This document shows positions 40,088-45,650 of a DNA stretch of 45,650 bases, one piece after another (positions within the stretch are counted from its first letter, which is position 1; each line of letters opens with the position of its first letter). The notes under the pieces are model-generated. The model did not search any database. It had not been told where the DNA came from and was given only the letters and a program-made list of their open reading frames with translations. This DNA is from Hyphomonadaceae bacterium (GTDB lineage Bacteria > Pseudomonadota > Alphaproteobacteria > Caulobacterales > Aquidulcibacteraceae). The translations under genes were made by a program, and so were the position numbers. The DNA is taken from the NCBI GenBank assembly GCA_040383035.1, contig JBEIEG010000001.1, forward strand, positions 1-45,650, read 5' to 3'.

Positions 40088-40903
40088 TTAAGCTTCAGCA
40101 GGAGCTTCAACGTCGCCATCAACCGATTCTGCGACAGCTTCTTCCGTGATCTGAGCCAAGACAGGCTCAACTGGGTTTTCCATGGCACCCAAATCAACGC
40201 CCGAAGACGATTGACCTTCGGCCAAGCCATCCAAAGCAGCGTCTGCGATCAGGTCGCAGAACAATTGGATGGAACGCGCAGCGTCATCATTGCCTGGGAT
40301 TGGGAAATCAACTTCGTCGGGATCGCAATTGCTGTCGATCATCGCCGCAACTGGGATACCCAATTTCTTGGCTTCTTTGATCGCAATCGCTTCCTTGTTG
40401 GTGTCGATCACGAACATCAAGTCAGGAATACCGCCCATGTCGCGAATACCGCCGAGCGAACGCTCAAGCTTTTCATATTCGCGGGTCAGGTTCAGAATTT
40501 CTTTCTTGGTCAAACCAGCAGGAGCGTCGCCTTGCACAATGGCTTCAACTTCGCGCATGCGGGCAATCGACTTCGAAATCGTCTGCCAATTGGTCAACGT
40601 GCCACCCAGCCAGCGGCTGTTGACGTAATATTGGGCGCAGCGCTTTGCAGCAGCGGCCACAGGGTCCGAAGCTTGACGCTTGGTACCAACGAACAAAACG
40701 CGACCGCCCTTTGCAGTTACGTCACGAACGCGCAGCAAAGCCTGATGCAACAAAGGCACGGTTTGGCTGAGGTCGATAATGTGGATGTTGGCGCGCTCAC
40801 CAAAGATGAAACGCTTCATCTTTGGGTTCCAACGGTGGGTCTGGTGACCAAAGTGTGCGCCCACTTCGAGCAATTGGCGCATGGTAAATTCTGGCACTGC
40901 CAT
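40088..40903 (-). CDS. rpsB: 30S ribosomal protein S2
   Basis: [51 protein letters not shown]. Confidence 0.99.
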   Translation of the reverse strand: MAVPEFTMRQLLEVGAHFGHQTHRWNPKMKRFIFGERANIHIIDLSQTVPLLHQALLRVRDVTAKGGRVLFVGTKRQASDPVAAAAKRCAQYYVNSRWLGGTLTNWQTISKSIARMREVEAIVQGDAPAGLTKKEILNLTREYEKLERSLGGIRDMGGIPDLMFVIDTNKEAIAIKEAKKLGIPVAAMIDSNCDPDEVDFPIPGNDDAARSIQLFCDLIADAALDGLAEGQSSSGVDLGAMENPVEPVLAQITEEAVAESVDGDVEAPAEA

Positions 40904-41046
40904 AGTATTTCAATCCTTTTTCCGGCTAGCCTCCGCGAGCAGGAGCGGTCTCGGATGAGAACCGCGCCGGATGGACGAACGACCCCTGCCCCATCCCCAA
41001 AGGAATAAAAAAGGGTTCGCGCGCCGCGAGCTCGCGTGCGTGATGG
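40904..41046 (-). promoter_or_regulatory. rpsB 5' leader (S2 autoregulatory cis-RNA candidate) downstream of a sigma70-like promoter
   Basis: TTGAGT-N17-TACATG (41079-41051) followed by a ~140-nt GC-rich leader ending GGAGGCTAGCCGGAAAAAGG; long structured rpsB leaders are established. Confidence 0.5.
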
Positions 41047-41094
41047 CGGTCATGTAGGAGCAATGCCCTCAAAACTCAAGGCTTGAGGGCAGTT

Positions 41095-41115
41095 GGGGGT
41101 GTAAACATCACCCCC
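41095..41115 (-). terminator. Hairpin just downstream of mfd
   Basis: GGGGGTG-N7-CACCCCC, 5 bp past the mfd stop; no strong U-tract. Confidence 0.35.
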
Positions 41116-41120
41116 GCCCC

Positions 41121-44100
41121 TCACCCCATTTCTGCAGCCAAGAAGGCCGCAGCGCGGCGGGCACCTTTGAGGCGTTGTTCCGGGGTGGACCAGTCGCCAT
41201 TGACGACCATCTTGCCGTCTGGCCGCAAGCGGAACAGAGCAGGCTGTTTTTGCACGGCGGCCACCAGCTTCATCGGGTCGGGCGCGGACTCTGGGCGGAA
41301 GGTCAGCACCGCCCCTTTTGGCCCGGCATCGAGCTTAGCGATGTGAGCCTTGCGGCAAAGCGCTTTCACGCCCGCAATCTGGATCAACTGACGCGCTTCT
41401 TCCGGTAGCGGACCAAAACGGTCTGCCAGTTCCGCGGCATAGCTGTCGCGATCTGCATCGCTCTCCAGCTCGCTCAAGCGACGATAAAGCGATAGGCGCA
41501 CATTGAGGTCGGCCACATAATCTTCCGGGATCAGAACCGCGACGCCGAGATTGATCGCTGGCGACCACGACCGGGCAGAGACGACTTCGCCACCATCTTG
41601 CAGGCTTGCCACCGCTTCTTCCAGCATTTGCTGATAAAGCTCGACGCCGACTTCACGAATATTGCCCGATTGTTCTTCGCCCAAGAGGTTGCCACCGCCG
41701 CGCATATCGAGGTCATGGCTGGCCAATTGGAAGCCAGCGCCTAGACTATCCAGTGATTGCAGGATTTTCAGGCGCTTTTCCGCGCTTTGCGTAATCGGCC
41801 TTTCTGCCGGAACTGTCAGATAAGCATAGGCGCGGGTCTTGGACCGACCAACGCGGCCGCGCAATTGATACATTTGCGCAAGGCCAAACATATCCGCCCG
41901 CCAGGTAATCAGCGTGTTGGCGCGGGGAATATCCAAGCCACTTTCCACAATCGTGGTGGAGATCAGCACATCATAAACGCCTTCATAGAAGGCTGTCACG
42001 ATTGGCTCCATCTGGGTCGGGCTCATCTGACCATGCGCCACCGCATAGGTCATTTCCGGCACCATTTCTTTCATGAAGCGCTCAATGTCTTCCAGATGCT
42101 CAACACGCGGGGCGACAAAGAAGGCTTGGCCGCCGCGATATTTCTCACGCAGCAACGCTTCGCGGATGGTGATCGGGTCCCACGGCGTCACATAGGTGCG
42201 TACAGCCAAGCGGTCGACTGGTGGGGTGGCGATGATCGACATTTCGCGGATGCCAGCCAGCGACAATTGCAAGGTGCGCGGGATAGGCGTGGCGGATAGG
42301 GTCAGCACATGGGTGTCGATGCGCAATTCTTTCAGGCGCTCTTTGTGCTTCACGCCAAAATGCTGCTCTTCATCGACGATCACAAGGCCCAGATCGCGGA
42401 TCGCCAAGTCCTTGGCAAAGATAGCATGGGTGCCAACCACGATGTCAATCTTGCCATCGGCGAGGTCACGCTTGGTGTCGGCGGTTTCTTTGCTACCCAC
42501 CATGCGCGACAATTGCCGCACACGAATGGGCCAGCCGCGGAAGCGCTCGCTAAAGGTCTTAAAGTGCTGGCGGGACAGCAGAGTCGTGGGGCAAACCACC
42601 GCAACTTGCCGGCCACTCATCGCCACGACAAATGCTGCGCGCAAGGCAACTTCGGTCTTGCCAAAGCCGACGTCACCGCAGATCAAGCGGTCCATCGGAT
42701 GGCCAGCGGCCAGATCATTGAAGATGTCTTCAATCGCCGACAATTGATCATCGGTCTCATCCCATGGGAAGCGGGCACAGAATTCATCATAATCGCCAGA
42801 GCTCGCCAAAATCGGCTCCGACACTTTTGCCGCGCGTGCTGCCGCAATCTTGATCAGCGCTCCTGCCATATCTTTCAGACGTTGCTTGGCCTTCGCCTTA
42901 CGGCCCTGCCATGCCACACCGCCCAATTTGTCCAAAAGTGCGGTCGCATCTTCTGAGCCATAGCGTGAGACGAGTTCGATATTCTCAACCGGCAGGAACA
43001 ACTTGTCGCCACCGGCATAGATCAGTTCTAGGCAATCGTGCGGGGCGCCCTGCACGTCCAAGGTGCGCAAGCCCTCGTAGCGTCCAATGCCGTGGTCAAT
43101 GTGCACCACAAGGTCGCCTGCCGACAGGCTGCCAGCTTCCAGAATAATGCTTGCCGCTTTTCGGCGCTTGCGGGCGCGGCCCAAGCGCTCACCCAAAATG
43201 TCCTGCTCAGACAGGATGGCATAGTCTTCGGCAACAAAGCCGCGCTCTAGCGGCAGAACGGCCAGACCAATCGCCCCTTTGGGCATGAGGGTAATCGCTT
43301 CTGCATTGGGCAGCGGGAAGAGTGCCGCCATGCCATGTTCGTGCAACACATGGCCTAAACGCTCTGCCGAGCCTTCCGTCCACGCAGCCAGAATGGGCTT
43401 TATGCCCTGCGCGGCCAAAGCCTCCACATGCTGACGGGCCGCATCCCAAACATTGACGCCTTCGGTGGCGCGCTCTGCGGCGAAGTTGCGGCCCGCCTTG
43501 GCACCGCTCTCAATCAGCGCTTGACCACCTTCGGCCTCTTGATAGGCGCTGAGACGACGGACATCCCGGCTAGCAAGCATGCCTTCTAGTTCGGCGACCC
43601 TGGTATAGAGGCGCTCAGGTGGCAGGGGGTTATAGGGCGCGGAACCCTTGGGCGGCGGGATACGGCGTGCTTCGTAATAATCGGCCACTTGGGCAGCGCG
43701 CTCTGTTGAGGCGTCCAAGGCATGGGGATCGAGACTAATCAGGGCATCCTTGCCGACATAGTCAAAGACCGTCTCCATGTGTTCATGGAATAGCGGCAAC
43801 CAATGCTCCATCCCATTGCGGCGCATCCGTTTGGTGACGGCTTCATAGAGCGGGTCACCTTGGGCCGCGCCAAACAATTCCAAATAGCCGAGGCGGAAAC
43901 GGCTAGCGGCAACGTCATCCAGTATGGCTTCAGAGACAGGGGCTAACACCACGCCTTGCAATTGATGGGTCGAGCGCTGGGTCTCTGGGTCAAAGCTGCG
44001 GATGCTTTCAAGCGTATCGCCGAATAAGTCGAGGCGTACGGGCTCTGGCAGTTCCGGCGGGAACAAATCAATCACCCCGCCTCGTATGGCAAAGTCCCCA

Positions 44101-44588
44101 CGCTCCCGCACGGTCGCCGTCCGCACATAGCCATTGGCGGCAAAATAAGCCTGAATGGCGTTGACATCGAGGATCTGGCCAGGCCGCGCAGAAAAAGACG
44201 CTGCCCTCAACCGGTCCCTTGGCGCAACACGCTGAAGCAGCGAAGCCCCCGTCGTCAATACCAGTACCGGCGCATCGCCCTCTTTGCGCCGGATCAATTG
44301 GGTAAGGGTCGAAAGTCGCGTTGCGCTGATCTCAGGGGCTGGGCCCACGCGGTCATAGGGCAAGCAATCCCAAGCTGGCAGGCGCAGCACCGACAGGCTT
44401 GGTGCGTAAAAGCGAACTGCAGCCAGAAAGCTCGAAGCTTGGGCGTCGTCGCGCGCCACATGCAGTGTGACCCCGCCCCGCAGCAGAGCGGCACGCGCAA
44501 TCAGCCCTGCATCATAGCCTTCAACGGCACCCGACACACGTAATGGACCAACGGCGTTGGCGAGGGTTTCGACAAGAGAGATCGGCAT
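41121..44588 (-). CDS. mfd: Transcription-repair coupling factor
   Basis: LPAWDCLPYD, RGGVIDLF, VVHIDHGIGRY (RID), CGDVGFGKTEVA, DEEQHFGV, SATPIPRTL, QLRGRVGRS, TRG motif HDLDMRGGGNLLGEEQSG. Confidence 0.98.
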   Translation of the reverse strand: MPISLVETLANAVGPLRVSGAVEGYDAGLIARAALLRGGVTLHVARDDAQASSFLAAVRFYAPSLSVLRLPAWDCLPYDRVGPAPEISATRLSTLTQLIRRKEGDAPVLVLTTGASLLQRVAPRDRLRAASFSARPGQILDVNAIQAYFAANGYVRTATVRERGDFAIRGGVIDLFPPELPEPVRLDLFGDTLESIRSFDPETQRSTHQLQGVVLAPVSEAILDDVAASRFRLGYLELFGAAQGDPLYEAVTKRMRRNGMEHWLPLFHEHMETVFDYVGKDALISLDPHALDASTERAAQVADYYEARRIPPPKGSAPYNPLPPERLYTRVAELEGMLASRDVRRLSAYQEAEGGQALIESGAKAGRNFAAERATEGVNVWDAARQHVEALAAQGIKPILAAWTEGSAERLGHVLHEHGMAALFPLPNAEAITLMPKGAIGLAVLPLERGFVAEDYAILSEQDILGERLGRARKRRKAASIILEAGSLSAGDLVVHIDHGIGRYEGLRTLDVQGAPHDCLELIYAGGDKLFLPVENIELVSRYGSEDATALLDKLGGVAWQGRKAKAKQRLKDMAGALIKIAAARAAKVSEPILASSGDYDEFCARFPWDETDDQLSAIEDIFNDLAAGHPMDRLICGDVGFGKTEVALRAAFVVAMSGRQVAVVCPTTLLSRQHFKTFSERFRGWPIRVRQLSRMVGSKETADTKRDLADGKIDIVVGTHAIFAKDLAIRDLGLVIVDEEQHFGVKHKERLKELRIDTHVLTLSATPIPRTLQLSLAGIREMSIIATPPVDRLAVRTYVTPWDPITIREALLREKYRGGQAFFVAPRVEHLEDIERFMKEMVPEMTYAVAHGQMSPTQMEPIVTAFYEGVYDVLISTTIVESGLDIPRANTLITWRADMFGLAQMYQLRGRVGRSKTRAYAYLTVPAERPITQSAEKRLKILQSLDSLGAGFQLASHDLDMRGGGNLLGEEQSGNIREVGVELYQQMLEEAVASLQDGGEVVSARSWSPAINLGVAVLIPEDYVADLNVRLSLYRRLSELESDADRDSYAAELADRFGPLPEEARQLIQIAGVKALCRKAHIAKLDAGPKGAVLTFRPESAPDPMKLVAAVQKQPALFRLRPDGKMVVNGDWSTPEQRLKGARRAAAFLAAEMG

Positions 44589-44687
44589 CGTGCGCTGTGC
44601 TTTTGAGGAGGATGGTCACGCGATATAGCGATCCCCTGCCCCCTTGGCGAGGGTCAGTGCTCAGTAGCCGTTAGTTCGTGCGTGACT

Positions 44688-45062
44688 TCAGCGGGCCGAG
44701 TAAAAGGCAGCCAGTTTGTTGCCGTCCAAGTCCCGGAAATAAGAAAATTCGCCAAAGGCACCGCGCGGGCCGGGCTGGCCTTCACACGTGCCACCCAATT
44801 CGAGGGCTTTGGCATGCAATGTCCTGACCTGTTCGGAAGAATCGACTTGAAAAGCTACCATGGTCCCGTTGCCAAAGGTCGCTGGCGCACCGTCATGCGG
44901 GCGGGTCACCATGAACATCGCCCCTTCGGTCAGGCGATAAATCAAGCCTGCGGGGGTTGGCATCAAGGGCTTGCCACCAATTTCTTCCAGAAGCGCGGTG
45001 TAAAAGGCTGTGGCCTTGTCAAAATCATTGGTGCCAACGCACAAATAGCCGATTTTCGCCAT
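44688..45062 (-). CDS. VOC/glyoxalase family protein
   Basis: IGYLCVGTNDFDKATAFY, GNGTMVAF, ALELGGTCEGQPG.R, YFRDLDGNKL; GGGAG SD. Confidence 0.9.
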   Translation of the reverse strand: MAKIGYLCVGTNDFDKATAFYTALLEEIGGKPLMPTPAGLIYRLTEGAMFMVTRPHDGAPATFGNGTMVAFQVDSSEQVRTLHAKALELGGTCEGQPGPRGAFGEFSYFRDLDGNKLAAFYSAR

Positions 45063-45221
45063 GGTGTTTTCTCCCCTGTTGTTTGGACGAACTTGTGCGG
45101 CGCTTGCAATATCGCGTCAAGCGGGCGACCCAAACAAATCGAGCTGTTGACACAGTCCTTCCATTGAGTTTTCGCAACTAGACCTGCGCATCAAGGCGCT
45201 GGCGTTGGACGGAGGACCTGT

Positions 45222-45650
45222 CTATTGGGCCCCAACCAGCACGACCCCGACCAGAATGGCGGCGTAATGCAAGCCCGCTGCGGCCACGACATGGCCATGC
45301 CAAATCGCACGGCGGAACTTTAGGCCTTTAGCCGCGTAGAAGATCGTGCCGACCGAATAGACAATGCCACCCGCCGCCAACAACCACATCGCAACCGCGG
45401 GAACTTCTTCAATCATCGGCTTAATGGCAATCACCACCATCCAGCCCAAAGCCAGATAGAGGACAACCCAAATCGCTTTGCCAAGACCCGGCAAGAACAT
45501 TTTGCCCGCAATTCCCAAAGCCGCCAAAGACCAGACTGCAGTCGTCATGCCAATGGACCAAGCCCCGGTCAAAGCCTGGGTGGTAAAAGGGGTGTAGCTC
45601 GCAGCGATCATCAAGAAAATGCCAGCATGGTCGAGTCGGCGCAAAAACGG
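45222..45650 (-). CDS. Hemolysin III / PAQR family membrane protein, 3' part; 5' end beyond the right edge
   Basis: RRLDHAGIFLMIAASYTPF, LYLALGW, GGIVYSVG, AIWHGHVV.AA.LHY. Confidence 0.9.
   Translation of the reverse strand, partial: PFLRRLDHAGIFLMIAASYTPFTTQALTGAWSIGMTTAVWSLAALGIAGKMFLPGLGKAIWVVLYLALGWMVVIAIKPMIEEVPAVAMWLLAAGGIVYSVGTIFYAAKGLKFRRAIWHGHVVAAAGLHYAAILVGVVLVGAQ

Noticed and set aside
44632-44657. CCCCTGCC..GGCGAGGGTCAG imperfect hairpin between VOC and mfd, possibly a degenerate REP
   Set aside because: Short, bulged stem; cannot be distinguished from chance or promoter sequence without a genome-wide search.
1-45650. CRISPR array, tRNA/rRNA, IS element, prophage or defence island
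   Set aside because: No regularly spaced repeats, cloverleaf, transposase, integrase or phage genes seen; almost all space is filled by recognisable genes.

Overview
Core chromosomal segment of an alphaproteobacterium, most likely Caulobacterales-type (inferred from the popA-like gene, lpxI, ppdK-glySQ linkage and the rpsB-to-lpxB gene order). Left to right it holds: partial lon, a secreted Ntn-hydrolase acylase, lldD, a DUF1330-like gene, clpX, clpP, an S1/P1 nuclease, a DEAD-box helicase, ppdK, glyS/glyQ, an orphan TadG-like vWA pilin/adhesin, an SDR, a coupled popA-DsbA-yqgF-AEC run, a fasciclin gene, xseA, the rpsB-tsf-pyrH-frr-uppS-cdsA-dxr-rseP-bamA-skp-lpxD-fabZ-lpxA-lpxI-lpxB cluster, mfd, a VOC gene and a partial HlyIII gene. 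I see no rRNA, tRNA, CRISPR array, transposase or prophage. The most unusual signal is a ~109-bp, five-hairpin palindromic element with terminal inverted repeats inserted in-frame in the essential glyS gene, adding about 39 residues; related REP-like hairpins sit between the helicase and ppdK. Also notable are the Cys-rich/polyproline insert in the TadG-like vWA domain, the popA operon context, and a three-gene block separating clpX from lon. All calls come from reading motifs by eye; no database searches were run.
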